Source: Naegleria gruberi
Lineage: Eukaryota
Assembly (NCBI GenBank): GCA_000004985.1
Contig: GG738846.1
Direction: 5' to 3' (one strand)
Length of the DNA: 64,000 bases
Shown: positions 21,323-31,983 of the stretch, piece after piece
How positions within the stretch are numbered: position 1 is the first letter of the stretch
Layout of the letters: each line of letters starts with the position of its first letter
Notes under the pieces: model-generated
Database searches by the model: none
What the model was told of the DNA's origin: nothing
Seen by the model: only the letters and a program-made list of their open reading frames with translations
Made by a program: the position numbers and the translations under genes

Positions 21323-23080
21323 CTATTCATTAATTTCTACTCTCGTAAGTGAAACCTGGTATTTAATTCCCTCAAAATCAAAGAAAGTCTTAGTAGCAGT
21401 TTGGGTGAGGTGATGAGCTCCCTTACAACCACTCACTCTAACAATAACCTTGAGATTGCTATTCTTTTTACCTTCAACATTGGTTTTTAGTGCTGAGCTG
21501 GTTGCACTTGCATTCTTTGCAACTTTGAAAGGAACACTCAAACCACCAATTACGGAACCGTTGTTGGCAGTAACTAATATTCTATAATAATTATGTTTAA
21601 CGTGCCAATCACTATGATTGTTGGATGTGGTAATACTACAATTATATGAAATCTTGTTTGAGTCGTCGCTAATGTCAGAATCATTGATCTTCAAGAGCTC
21701 ATTTCCTGATGGATCATTTGAAAGCATACAATGGACTGAGGTGGTTGAGTCCAATGACCCATCTACATCAGTAATTCTTTCAATTTCTTTCAAGTTATCT
21801 CCTCTATCCTTACTAGAACAAGATAAGACCACTAAATCAATTTTGCTAACATCAAAATCATCAGGACAATTGACAGCCTCAACAACAACAGTAAACTTGG
21901 CAGAATCGGATGTGTCATTTACCATATTCTTTCCTTCATAATAGAATGCTGGTTTACAGGCAGGAACTATTCCTAAACCCAATCCTTTGCACTGTGCAGG
22001 CATTTTAAGTCTGACATTTAAGAAACCACCAGAGTAGACATATCTAATATCTCCTTCAGCAACTGGAGTACCATTTGAGCTCAATGATTTGTCCTTCTTG
22101 CTTCCAATCTTTTTGGATGACTTTCTCTTTGATTCTCTTTCAGTATTGTGTGCTGATTTGGAAGGTGACTCCATCTTCTTCTTCTTTTGAGGCTTTGTTT
22201 CGGCAACCTTCTTTTTGGAAGTCTTCGTTGAAGTCTTTCTCTTCTTTACTTCCATGTAATCAAAATCAGAGCTGTCATCAGAAGTGGTCGAGCAGTGATC
22301 GTAGAAGCTATCGTTCCCATCTTCACTTGGCTCATCCGTCTCTTCGTCATAAACTATTGGATTACTTGTTGTATTCATCATTGAAATCTCATTTTCCTCT
22401 TTAATAATGGAGGCTTGATAAAGAGGAGTTGCAAGTAAGGATTCGCTTACTGGTGAGGACTGCAATAATTGATCACCAGCATCTCCCTCAACAAGAACCT
22501 CCTCAGTTGAGAAAAGATGAGGACAAATGGTTTGATAAATGTTATTCTTGATATTCAACTCTGACTCATCTTGAGTTGTTGAAGAAGAAGAGGTGATTGT
22601 TGCTGGTCTGAACAACTTTCTCTGTGAACTTGAAACACTTTTCAAGTCATTGAGAGTTGAGCAGTTGGTGGTACCATTCAATTCCTGGGAGTATTCCTCC
22701 TCTGAGAAGATGGTATGTTGAATTTCGTGCATAGAACCATTCTCAATAGTAGTGGCAGAAGTTGTCTTAATAGGAACCATTAACATATTACTACCCTCAC
22801 CCAAGATGGTGTCGTGGTCATAACTCATGTGGTGAGCAGTGAGAGTGGATGAGTGACTGATCAGCATTGAGCCTTCATTGGGAAAATCATCTGATTCCTC
22901 AGTCATATCCCACATTTGAACGAGTGAATGATTGAGGAGGTGATCTTGTTGCTGGTGGCCCTCGTCTTCATCCATATGGGAAACAGTGTCGAAAATTGAT
23001 AATTGATCATATGGATTCACTTCATTATCAGAAATATCTGATTCAAACTCAAAAGGAGAAAGTGGAAGACGTTCACTCAT
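21323..23080 (-). CDS. Nuclear regulatory-type protein (585 aa). It has an acidic N-terminus, an S-rich middle, a lysine-rich NLS-like cluster and a beta-rich C-terminal ~250-aa domain. Possibly a DNA-binding transcription factor.
   Basis: Long ORF with typical codon usage. D/E-rich N-terminus (DEDEGHQQQDH). KKRKTSTKTSKKKVAETKPQKKKK basic cluster. C-terminal globular region with RVSGCKG. No family confidently recognised. Confidence 0.4.
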   Translation of the reverse strand: MSERLPLSPFEFESDISDNEVNPYDQLSIFDTVSHMDEDEGHQQQDHLLNHSLVQMWDMTEESDDFPNEGSMLISHSSTLTAHHMSYDHDTILGEGSNMLMVPIKTTSATTIENGSMHEIQHTIFSEEEYSQELNGTTNCSTLNDLKSVSSSQRKLFRPATITSSSSTTQDESELNIKNNIYQTICPHLFSTEEVLVEGDAGDQLLQSSPVSESLLATPLYQASIIKEENEISMMNTTSNPIVYDEETDEPSEDGNDSFYDHCSTTSDDSSDFDYMEVKKRKTSTKTSKKKVAETKPQKKKKMESPSKSAHNTERESKRKSSKKIGSKKDKSLSSNGTPVAEGDIRYVYSGGFLNVRLKMPAQCKGLGLGIVPACKPAFYYEGKNMVNDTSDSAKFTVVVEAVNCPDDFDVSKIDLVVLSCSSKDRGDNLKEIERITDVDGSLDSTTSVHCMLSNDPSGNELLKINDSDISDDSNKISYNCSITTSNNHSDWHVKHNYYRILVTANNGSVIGGLSVPFKVAKNASATSSALKTNVEGKKNSNLKVIVRVSGCKGAHHLTQTATKTFFDFEGIKYQVSLTRVEINE

Positions 23081-24048
23081 GTTGTATTAGAGAATTACAA
23101 AGGCTGTTTGAGATTGTGTTTTAAAGGCTTTTTTTTCAAAGTGTTCAAATCAGAGTGGTGTGAGACTAGTCTTTTATAGCCTAGAGTACTTTCCATCTAT
23201 GAATTTATAGGCTTTTTTGAGTTTGTATACGCACAATAAGAGAGTATCAAAAAGTGTGAGTGAACAAAATGACATGTCGGTGCTGAGTCAACAATTGATG
23301 CTGCTTTTTCAATTCTCTCTCTTGGTGTTGTTGGTTGTATTCGAAGCTTGTGTGGAGATTTGGTAAGGTAATTTTGGGCTCTTTCAATGTTTCATGATTC
23401 GAACAAGTTCCAAATGAAAGCTATGAAATGCTGCTAATATTCACCACTATTGAACATGATTGACTATTTTATGAAGAACCGAAACAAAAAAAGAAGCCCT
23501 ATATAAATATTATTTTCTATTGCCTTTTTGTTGTCAATAACGAATAGTCGTTTCATGTTCATCTGTAAGATAAGGGAATTATTTTGCCATGACTAGTGAC
23601 ATGTCTTATTAAATGGATCTCCCATTAACATTGTGAAAATTGCAATCACATGAATTCAACAATGTAAACCAATATTTCAAGCAGATTTATCACATTTCAT
23701 GTATTGAATATTGATTTAATTGTTCTTGATGGTAACTTTTTTCAGACATGAACAATATCTATGAAAAAGACCAAATACAGCGGAAAGTTGTGAAACTTGG
23801 TTTAATTAAATACAAATATGGAGATTGGAGAACATCTACTCAACCACTTGTCTGTTTTGAGCATTGTTTATTGTTGTAATAGAAGAGTTTAAACCTTGCT
23901 CCTCCCGTATTTCGACGAATCAACTCTGATTGTAAATATAATCTACAGTGTATGAACAACACCCTATACACCTCCCTAGTTGTTCATTACAAGATATTTT
24001 CCAAACTCTGTGGTTTTCCTCAATTTATTAGAAAAGTGTTATTAAAAA

Positions 24049-25365
24049 ATGCTGCAACAAGTAGATGAACGAACAAAGCTGCTTTCTGTTGCCGATGATC
24101 ATGTTGTAAATGTGCACAACATGGCAATCAATGATGATGATCACCACCATGGAGAGAATGAGAGTAAACAAACATTCTCGGAACAAATATTTGGACGATT
24201 TAATACCTTCTCCTATTCAACCATCTTCAAGTGGAAACGAGTGAAATTTTATGTTTATTCTTTCATATTGCTATTCTTATATTTATTCTTTGATGTCCTA
24301 TCAACATTGTTTTTTAAAAAATCACTCAATTTATTATATCAACACCCATTCTTAGCCTCTGAATTGAATTATATCATTACGAGTATTTTGTTTTTTGTGG
24401 GACATTTTATACATTCTGAAGTTTATGGTGGAAAATGTGGAAAATTCAAAAATCATCATCAAGTATTTACCATTCACTATATCAATATATCGATTTGTAA
24501 CATTTTTGAAACTCTTTTTCAAATTATTGGAAGTAATGGAATGGGAAAGAGTAGTGGAACATTTATGGTTGTACTAGCTCAGATTAATATTCCACTATCA
24601 GTAATATTTACAATATTAATTTTCAAATTTAAATATAACAAACTTCAATGGATTGGAGTTGCGTGTATTTTGTTGGGTATTTTTATTGTAGTCATTCTAC
24701 CATATTTAGTGAATATGAATTTTGGATCTGTCAATACGTTTTATAGTTTAATATTTTTATTGAGCTGCTTTTTTTCAGTGGGTCAACGAATGTATGAACA
24801 ATACTTGTTCAAATTTCTAATCAAAAAACAATATTCCAAACGAAAGGAAACTAATCACGTTGAAATTAATGTTTATACTGTTGGATTTTATGAAAGAATT
24901 TACGAATTAATGTTGAATACTATTATAATGTTTCCTATTTATTACTTTTTCATTCATCAATATAATAGCGTGAATGATTTCATACATGGCATGAACATGG
25001 CATTTGATATTCTATTTGGAAATAGACAGGGATGGATAACTATTGTAGTATTCAATATTTTTAGTTACATTTGGCTACAATTGAGATTAATTTGTGTACA
25101 ATACATTAATGCTGATATTACATTTTTTGCAAATGCATTTGCCTTTCCATTTTGCACCATGGTTTTTGCCTTACCGTTTATGAAATTTTTAATTCCAGAG
25201 CAAAGTCAACTCACCATTTACCACATTATCTCAATAATAGTTCTCTTCTTTGGATTGATAGTTTACGGAATCGGAGAAAGAAAAAACAAGGAATCCTCCA
25301 ATAATAATTTAAAAAAAAATGTCCCAACAACAATTACAAACTCTCATCACCAACCTGAGGAGTGA
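24049..25365 (+). CDS. Polytopic membrane transporter (about 10 TM helices), DMT/CRT-like.
   Basis: 438-aa ORF with 10 hydrophobic helices and short loops. The C-terminal tail is overlapped out-of-frame by ORF 25319..25534. Confidence 0.45.
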   Translation: MLQQVDERTKLLSVADDHVVNVHNMAINDDDHHHGENESKQTFSEQIFGRFNTFSYSTIFKWKRVKFYVYSFILLFLYLFFDVLSTLFFKKSLNLLYQHPFLASELNYIITSILFFVGHFIHSEVYGGKCGKFKNHHQVFTIHYINISICNIFETLFQIIGSNGMGKSSGTFMVVLAQINIPLSVIFTILIFKFKYNKLQWIGVACILLGIFIVVILPYLVNMNFGSVNTFYSLIFLLSCFFSVGQRMYEQYLFKFLIKKQYSKRKETNHVEINVYTVGFYERIYELMLNTIIMFPIYYFFIHQYNSVNDFIHGMNMAFDILFGNRQGWITIVVFNIFSYIWLQLRLICVQYINADITFFANAFAFPFCTMVFALPFMKFLIPEQSQLTIYHIISIIVLFFGLIVYGIGERKNKESSNNNLKKNVPTTITNSHHQPEE

Positions 25366-25534
25366 AATTGAAATTTTGGAAATGGAAAATAATTACATGA
25401 AGAAGGAAAAGTTACAATCAACAGCAGAGAGTGAAAAACAATCACAAATTATCAAACAAATGGAAAAGGAATTACTAGAATTGAAACAATACGAAAAACA
25501 ATTACAAAATGATATTTATAAATTACAACAATAG
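25319..25534 (+). CDS. Small coiled-coil ORF (71 aa). It is either an independent micro-protein or a frameshifted C-terminal extension of the transporter.
   Basis: Heptad-repeat sequence MSQQQLQTLITNLRSEIEILEMENNYMKKEKLQ.... The ATG directly follows an A10 run (25309..25318) and overlaps the last 15 codons of the transporter in another frame. Confidence 0.25.
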   Translation: MSQQQLQTLITNLRSEIEILEMENNYMKKEKLQSTAESEKQSQIIKQMEKELLELKQYEKQLQNDIYKLQQ

Positions 25535-25556
25535 CACATCATTTAACAAGTCGGAA

Positions 25557-26948
25557 TCAATTTTGTCTATATTTTGAATCATTATTTGTCAAATATTTTT
25601 GTAAAGCAGTATTAATCCAATCACATGGTTTGTAAAAGGATGACTTTCTGGCCTCTTCAATCGATTGTTTCTTATGTAAAATCAATAAATCTCGAGTTTG
25701 AGAATCTATTAAAGAGTGTATAGTATTTACAGGATCATCCGAAAATTTCTTCATAAACTTCATCTTTTCCGAGTGTTGTTTAATTTCCTGAATGACGGAT
25801 TGAATATTCTTATTGATAGTTTCGACATCTTCGCTTGGTTCTTCGCTCAAAATCTTTTCAATAGTCGAATTGAGCTTGGCTTGTTGTGGAGTTACTACTT
25901 GGACAGGAACATCTCTCTTAGAGGAGCCAGAAGTTGTAGAAGTATTTGTTAGATCAGTAACGTGGAATTGGATTGGATGAATTATCTCTACCACACTACT
26001 CGAAAGTGGTATCAACAAGTGTGGTTTAATCTTTTTCAAAATCTCTGCATATGTTGAACAAGTTAAAGTGTTATCTTCTAAAAGTTGTCTGAGAAGAGGA
26101 TCCAATTTGATTGCTGATTGATCATTCATGTCATAGAGTTGATTCTTAGTGATATATTCCCATATCATATTTAGGATTTGATTCAAAGTAAAGGTTGGAG
26201 GTTCATTGGATTGTGATGTTCTATCCAAACATCGGTAGTATTCGCTAGTATTGGAAATAACTTGATTTAGGGTTGGAGTAACGTTATAGAGAGGAGGATC
26301 TTGTTTGATGTGAAAAACTACTCTTAGTTGATATGTACCTGGTAGGTTTTGTAAGTTTTGTAAATTAACTTTTCTGGAAAATGTAAAACCATCCTTTAAA
26401 GGTTGTGATGCAATAGCGTTCCATTCAATAAAATCTTCTCCACCTGTGAATATATTTCTATCTAATTCAATGCTCATTGATTTTAAAAAGTTTGTAAATT
26501 TGTATTGTTCAGCAGCTGCAAGATTTGTTGACGTTCTGACAATACCTCCTTGAATTCCAACTCTCCACTCTTCTTCAGTTTTTGAAATTGGTTTTCTTTG
26601 ATGTGAGACGTAAATTCTGAGTGTTTCCCTTGTTGTTTCATTGTTTAACAATAATTGTCTCATGTGTTGTTTCTTCTCTGATAACAAGGTATCCAATCGA
26701 TGTTCATAATTTAAAAGAATACTATAGATTTGACTCTCACTGATATTTTCCTTCACCTTTTCAGGGAGTTGAATGTAATCAATTTTAGGCTTTCTACAAA
26801 TTTTTATAAATCTATTTGATCTTTAAACTTCAAAAACATACTTTTGTTGTTGCTGTTGTTGTTGTAAGAGAGCGGCTGCTGCTGCAGAATTTGGATTTAT
26901 CATTCCTGCTGCAACACCAGGATTTAAAAATCTTTTATCGTTTGACAT
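25557..26948 (-). CDS. SWI/SNF chromatin-remodelling complex subunit of the BAF60/SMARCD (Snf12/Swp73) family, 2 exons (447 aa).
   Basis: SWIB/MDM2 domain (DPLLRQLLEDNTLTCSTYAEILKKIKPHL). BAF60-type N-terminal block ESQIYSILLNYEHRLDTLLSEKKQHMRQLL (SMARCD1: [23 protein letters not shown]). Exon 1 is 26948..26842 (MSNDKRFLNPGVAAGMINPNSAAAAALLQQQQQQQK). The 48-nt intron is 26841..26794 (GTATGT..TAG, phase 2). Exon 2 is 26793..25557. The total is divisible by 3. Confidence 0.8.
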
Positions 26949-27450
26949 TCCAACCACTACATTATGCGAAAGAAGTATAATAATAATGATGTCATCATCA
27001 CTCTCCCATTGACACCTATTCTACTACTTACTTTGCCCTACCATTGGGTTACCACCAGGAAAGCCAAAAGGTTGCATTTTTTAAAAATTAATAACGTCAA
27101 AAATTTAATTTTAATTTTCAAATAAAAGGACAATGGATGGTTAGACTTTCTCACGTTCATAAGCCATGAAGTTTTGCACGAACACTGGAATTGTTCAATA
27201 GGTTGTTCACGAATGCTACTAGATAATTTTCCTACTTCTTCTTCGTTAATCATTTTTGATGCCAGTCACTTTAGGTGATAATTCGTATGGTTGAACGTTT
27301 TCTTGGATTTTCTTTGTGATTTTTAGAATTATTAGAAAATAATCACAAACTTCTTCCTACTTTTACTATTTAATTCTAAGTCGAAAATTATTGGGAATCA
27401 TCAAAAACAATAATTCGCATCTGCAACAGTTTTAACGTAAACAACTAACT

Positions 27451-27460
27451 CCCGCCAAAA
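27451..27460 (+). promoter_or_regulatory. E2F-like motif CCCGCCAAAA, 54 bp upstream of ATG 27514.
   Basis: Read directly from the sequence. Confidence 0.3.
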
Positions 27461-27513
27461 GACTACAAATTTTCAAAAAGAAAAAAACAACATTCATCAT
27501 TTCTGGAGGAATT

Positions 27514-28695
27514 ATGTGGGAAGTTATTAGGAAAAAGTATGATGGTTACGGTGATGGAGTTGTGGAGAACCAGGAAATAAATTTTGCAACAAACAACCAA
27601 CATATTGCCAAATTCAGCTGCAAACCCAATCCAAAAGAACAAGATCCAAACAGTTGCACTCCTGGGTATGGAGCTTTGCTGTACACTAAAATCAACAAAC
27701 TTACCCAATCAGATAATGAAATTTTGGTGATTAAGAGTGTTAGGAGTTTGCATGATTTATATAAGGCAGATACAAAGAATATTACTGCTAGTATCCTCTA
27801 CACGGAAGATAAACTCATTCCTAATCTCGTTGATTTACTCAAGAAGGATTTTGCTAGAGAGGATGTTTTGAGAACCCTGTGTAAATCTTACAAGGCGAAA
27901 ATTGCTCGTGACCAGGTCATTCCTCATGTTGAAGAAATTCAACAATTCATCCTAAACAATTACAAAACTGAAAACCCAACCAATATTTACCTCACTCTTA
28001 AACTATTTAAGGGAGTGTGTTTTGAAAAGGAGCCGTGTAAAATTGTTACTGACACAGGTGTCTTACCGGTTCTTACAATGAAATGTCTGAACCATTTTCA
28101 ACAGAAGGATATGAATCCAAAAGTGATGAAGAATGGATTCAAATTATTGAACAATTTGTTACAGGTTCCAAAGACCCATGTAGTTTTAGTGGAAGAGGAT
28201 CAAATTTTCTTACTAGTGGAAGACATATTTGAGCATCATCCAACCGATGAGAAAATACTGATTTCTCTAATGGAACACATTTCAAAACTGAGTTTTTATA
28301 CTGATGGTTTGACGAAATGTGGTAGATTTATCTATTATATAATGCCTCACCTTAGATCAAAGAATCAAATACTTTTACTAGAATCTATTAATGCCCTGTC
28401 ACATATTACTATTAGCGTAGAAGCCAAATGTCAAATTATGGATAGGGAAAGTCAAATTAAGAAGCAATTTATTGCAAATCTTGTTCATGTTTTTGATGGA
28501 TACCAGAAGGAATATCAAAATGATTACATTTTCATTAATAATTTGAAAATTATTTGTAATTTGGCAGAGAAGGACAGACCATCTCTTTTATTCCTTCTGC
28601 CAAAGATTATGGACCTTGTAGTTCTATCCACAACCAATGAAAGTGTGAAAGAAGAATTAGAAAATACATACCGTATCATCTCATATAAACCTTAG
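27514..28695 (+). CDS. Hypothetical protein (393 aa), helical/ARM-like. Function unknown.
   Basis: Clean ORF with genome-typical codon usage. An E2F-like site CCCGCCAAAA (27451..27460) lies 54 bp upstream. Confidence 0.4.
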   Translation: MWEVIRKKYDGYGDGVVENQEINFATNNQHIAKFSCKPNPKEQDPNSCTPGYGALLYTKINKLTQSDNEILVIKSVRSLHDLYKADTKNITASILYTEDKLIPNLVDLLKKDFAREDVLRTLCKSYKAKIARDQVIPHVEEIQQFILNNYKTENPTNIYLTLKLFKGVCFEKEPCKIVTDTGVLPVLTMKCLNHFQQKDMNPKVMKNGFKLLNNLLQVPKTHVVLVEEDQIFLLVEDIFEHHPTDEKILISLMEHISKLSFYTDGLTKCGRFIYYIMPHLRSKNQILLLESINALSHITISVEAKCQIMDRESQIKKQFIANLVHVFDGYQKEYQNDYIFINNLKIICNLAEKDRPSLLFLLPKIMDLVVLSTTNESVKEELENTYRIISYKP

Positions 28696-28721
28696 TTAAA
28701 ATCATTTGTAAATAAAAAAAA

Positions 28722-31700
28722 ATGTATATTTTTAAACAATTTTTGTTACAACAGGTTCAAATTCATCAGTCAAAAAAAATGTACAACAACAAGAAGATAC
28801 TCGCACCACCTCCGAATCGTCTTCTCGCACAACAGGTGGCAAGTTCTCAAAAATTTATTAGTGCTGATGCCATGTTCGGAGAACCTCCTCCAGGCTATGT
28901 TGCTGGTATCGGAAGAGGTGCAACAGGTTTTACAACAAGAAGTGATATCGGACCTGCTAGATTACCATCACGATTTACTCAACCACAAGGATCTTCTAGT
29001 AATTCAACAACAGAGGAAGAAAATGAACAGGAAACAAATCAAACATTTGATGAATGGAGTGGATATGGTGGAAATATTTTAGGACGTGTGACAGGAGTTG
29101 AAGATGAAGAGGATAAGGAGGCTGATTCTATTTGGAGTGCCATATCACAAAGAATGGAAAATAAGAAAAAAAGAAAAAACGTAACTGAAAATGAAAATCA
29201 GACTTCAAAATATGCTAAATATTCAGTTCTGACAAGCTCTTTGGATTCTCAAAAACCAAAAATTGCAGCTACATTTTCAGATATTAAAGAAGAATTAAAA
29301 TATCTTTCAAAGGAGGAATGGAATATTCCAGAGGTGAGTGGAAGTGCTGTCAATTCTAAAAATCCAAATAGGCTTAATCAACAAATGTATGAAAGGTACA
29401 CAGCAGCTCCTGATCAATTAATACTTGACAAATTGAATAATAATACGCTTAAATTTAATAATACAGCAGATACTGGTAAAATGAATCAATCTGGTACTCT
29501 TACAGATTTGAGAGCTTTGGGAGAAATGAAGGAAACTATTATGAAAAGCAAATTGCAATCGTTAGAAGATTCAATTTCTGGTACATCAACAGTTGACCCA
29601 AAAAATTACATGTCTGGTTTGGATTCCCAAATAGTTTTGGGAAGTGAAGAAAGAGTTCAAATCAAGAAATATAGAAAGCTATTCAAGAGAGCAACACAGG
29701 TTCGTCCTGAGAATATTGGAAGTTGGATGGGAAGAGCTCGTTTGGAAGAGTTAGCTGGAGATCTTAAAAAAGCTTGTAAAGTTATTGAAAAGGCTTGCAA
29801 CATTGTGACAGATAGTGAGGAATTATGGCTCGAATCTATTCGTTTGAATGAACAATTTGACAAACAGAATAAGAATAATATACTAGCTCAGTCAGTGTGT
29901 TGTCAAGCATTACAAGCATGTCCAAAGAGTGTCAAGTTGTGGTTGAAGGCATGTGAATTGGAATCAGATTTGGATAAGAGAAAGAAAATTCTTAGAAAGG
30001 CTATTCAGGCACAACCAGAGAGCTTACAACTCTGGAAGGAAGCTATTGATTTAGAAACTGAAGAACAATCTGCAAAGACTTTACTAGAGAGTGCTCTTGA
30101 ATATATTCCTAATAGTATAGATTTGTGGTTGGCTCTTGCTAAATTAAACCCTTACAAGGATGCCAAGAAAGTACTATCTAGAGCTATTTCTAAATTACCA
30201 AGAGAGCCTCTCATTTGGATTTCTGGTGCCTATCTAGAAGAGGAACATTACAATACCGAAACAACAAACACTAATGGAAAGAATAGTATCCAAAAGGTCA
30301 TTAAGAATGCTATTGAGACATTGAAAAAGCTGAAGGAGGAGGGATTAGATCGTGACGAGTGGATAGGATATGCAAAGAATGCAGAAAAATCAGAACACTT
30401 TATAACATGTGAAGCAATAATTAATGAAATGATTGGATATTCTCTTACTGATGTGAGGGAAAGAAAATCACAATACATTCGTGATGCCAATAATTTGGCC
30501 ACTGAAGGATTTATGAAATGTGCCAAGGCCATTTTTGAATGTGCAATCAGGGAGTTTCCAACCAAAAAGTCTGTATGGATGAATTATTACGAATTTCAGA
30601 TCAAATATCAAAAGGAGGACACTCTCACAACCAGAAATTTGCTCAAACAAGCAACAACTGAATGTCCAAGTTGTCAGAATTTATGGTTAATTAGAGCCAA
30701 GTATGAATGGAAGGTATTTAGCAATATTCAAAATGCCAGAGATGTTCTTCAGGAAGGTTTTGAGCAATTGAAGATTTTCAATATTTTACTGGCAGCTGTC
30801 AAACTTGAATATGAGAATGAAGAATATTTGAGGGCTAGACTACTTTTATTCAATTCTCGATGCCTCCTAGATGAAAAGAAGGAAGTTACCGAACAAGCCG
30901 ATGCAGGAAATATTTACATTCGTTCTGCCTTGTTTGAAAGATATGTGTTCAATAATGAATCCATGAGGAGTGCTCTCTTCTCACAAATTGATAATTATCT
31001 CCAATCGAATCAATCCCTAAGCAATACTACTATTAATAGTGAAACTATTTATACAAAGAAAACAATAGAATACGAAATACTGAATGAGGGTCTATCCAAA
31101 TATCCAAAAGAACCTAAATTGTACCTAATGAAGGGCCAACTCGAGGAGGGACAAATTTATACTCTATTGAACATGAACTCTCTATCTCTTGAGAAGTATA
31201 ACGACATTTCCAATGAGGTTTCTCTTATTTATGAGGCAGGTATTGAAAAATGTCCAAACTCTATTCCTCTATGGACTAGTTTAATCAAATTGCACTTTAA
31301 TCCTCTCCTCAAGACTATTCCTCCTAATATTAATAAGGCAAGAGCTATTATTGATAGAGCCTTACTTAAAAATCCATCTAGTGCAACTTTGTGGCTCTCT
31401 CTTGTCAAGTTGGAATATTATGTGAGTAGTACTAATGGAGTTGGTAGTGTAAACAACACAAGTCTTGCCACACTAATGAAGGGTATTCAAGCTATTGGTT
31501 CCAATAAGAAACAATTGGGAGTATTGTGGTCCTTTACTATACCATTGGAGATTGTTCAAAAAAGAAAGTCTTCTTGTGCTAATGCACTCAAGCATTGTGA
31601 TAGAGATATTTATGTAATCTCCCAAATTGCACTCGATTTCTATAGGGAACGTAAGATTGATAAGGCAAAGGAGTGGTTGAAAAAGGCCTTGACTATCGAT

Positions 31701-31982
31701 TCTACAAATGGTGACATGTGGATTTACTTGTACAAAATTGAATGTTTGCATGGGAATCAACCTGGAATTATTGAGGAAGAGTGTAAAAAAGCAGAACCCA
31801 AGTTTGGTGAAATTTGGACATTTATTTCAAAACAATTGAACTTGTACGGATATGAAAAATTGGATTCAATTTCAATTTTGAAAAAATCATTGAACTTGTT
31901 AGATTTAAACAATAACATTTTCCTTACACTGGTCACAACGTTTGACTTTGATGATTACTATGCCAATCAGTTGAACGTTTGA
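28722..31982 (+). CDS. PRP6: Pre-mRNA-processing factor 6 (U5 snRNP-associated 102-kDa protein, HAT-repeat).
   Basis: PRP6 N-terminal domain (PPPGYVAGIGRGATGFTTRSDIGPAR) followed by tandem HAT/TPR repeats (W..A.lEe...., LW.ea..lE). The likely start is ATG 28779 (MYNNKKILAPPPN). Confidence 0.85.
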   Translation: MYIFKQFLLQQVQIHQSKKMYNNKKILAPPPNRLLAQQVASSQKFISADAMFGEPPPGYVAGIGRGATGFTTRSDIGPARLPSRFTQPQGSSSNSTTEEENEQETNQTFDEWSGYGGNILGRVTGVEDEEDKEADSIWSAISQRMENKKKRKNVTENENQTSKYAKYSVLTSSLDSQKPKIAATFSDIKEELKYLSKEEWNIPEVSGSAVNSKNPNRLNQQMYERYTAAPDQLILDKLNNNTLKFNNTADTGKMNQSGTLTDLRALGEMKETIMKSKLQSLEDSISGTSTVDPKNYMSGLDSQIVLGSEERVQIKKYRKLFKRATQVRPENIGSWMGRARLEELAGDLKKACKVIEKACNIVTDSEELWLESIRLNEQFDKQNKNNILAQSVCCQALQACPKSVKLWLKACELESDLDKRKKILRKAIQAQPESLQLWKEAIDLETEEQSAKTLLESALEYIPNSIDLWLALAKLNPYKDAKKVLSRAISKLPREPLIWISGAYLEEEHYNTETTNTNGKNSIQKVIKNAIETLKKLKEEGLDRDEWIGYAKNAEKSEHFITCEAIINEMIGYSLTDVRERKSQYIRDANNLATEGFMKCAKAIFECAIREFPTKKSVWMNYYEFQIKYQKEDTLTTRNLLKQATTECPSCQNLWLIRAKYEWKVFSNIQNARDVLQEGFEQLKIFNILLAAVKLEYENEEYLRARLLLFNSRCLLDEKKEVTEQADAGNIYIRSALFERYVFNNESMRSALFSQIDNYLQSNQSLSNTTINSETIYTKKTIEYEILNEGLSKYPKEPKLYLMKGQLEEGQIYTLLNMNSLSLEKYNDISNEVSLIYEAGIEKCPNSIPLWTSLIKLHFNPLLKTIPPNINKARAIIDRALLKNPSSATLWLSLVKLEYYVSSTNGVGSVNNTSLATLMKGIQAIGSNKKQLGVLWSFTIPLEIVQKRKSSCANALKHCDRDIYVISQIALDFYRERKIDKAKEWLKKALTIDSTNGDMWIYLYKIECLHGNQPGIIEEECKKAEPKFGEIWTFISKQLNLYGYEKLDSISILKKSLNLLDLNNNIFLTLVTTFDFDDYYANQLNV

Positions 31983-31983
31983 T

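Noticed and set aside
26845-26890. CAA/CAG and TTG/CTG trinucleotide runs (also 62221..62262), which might be microsatellite or repeat-array features.
   Set aside because: They are in-frame poly-Gln codons inside the BAF60 exon 1 and the kinase gene. They are ordinary low-complexity coding sequence.
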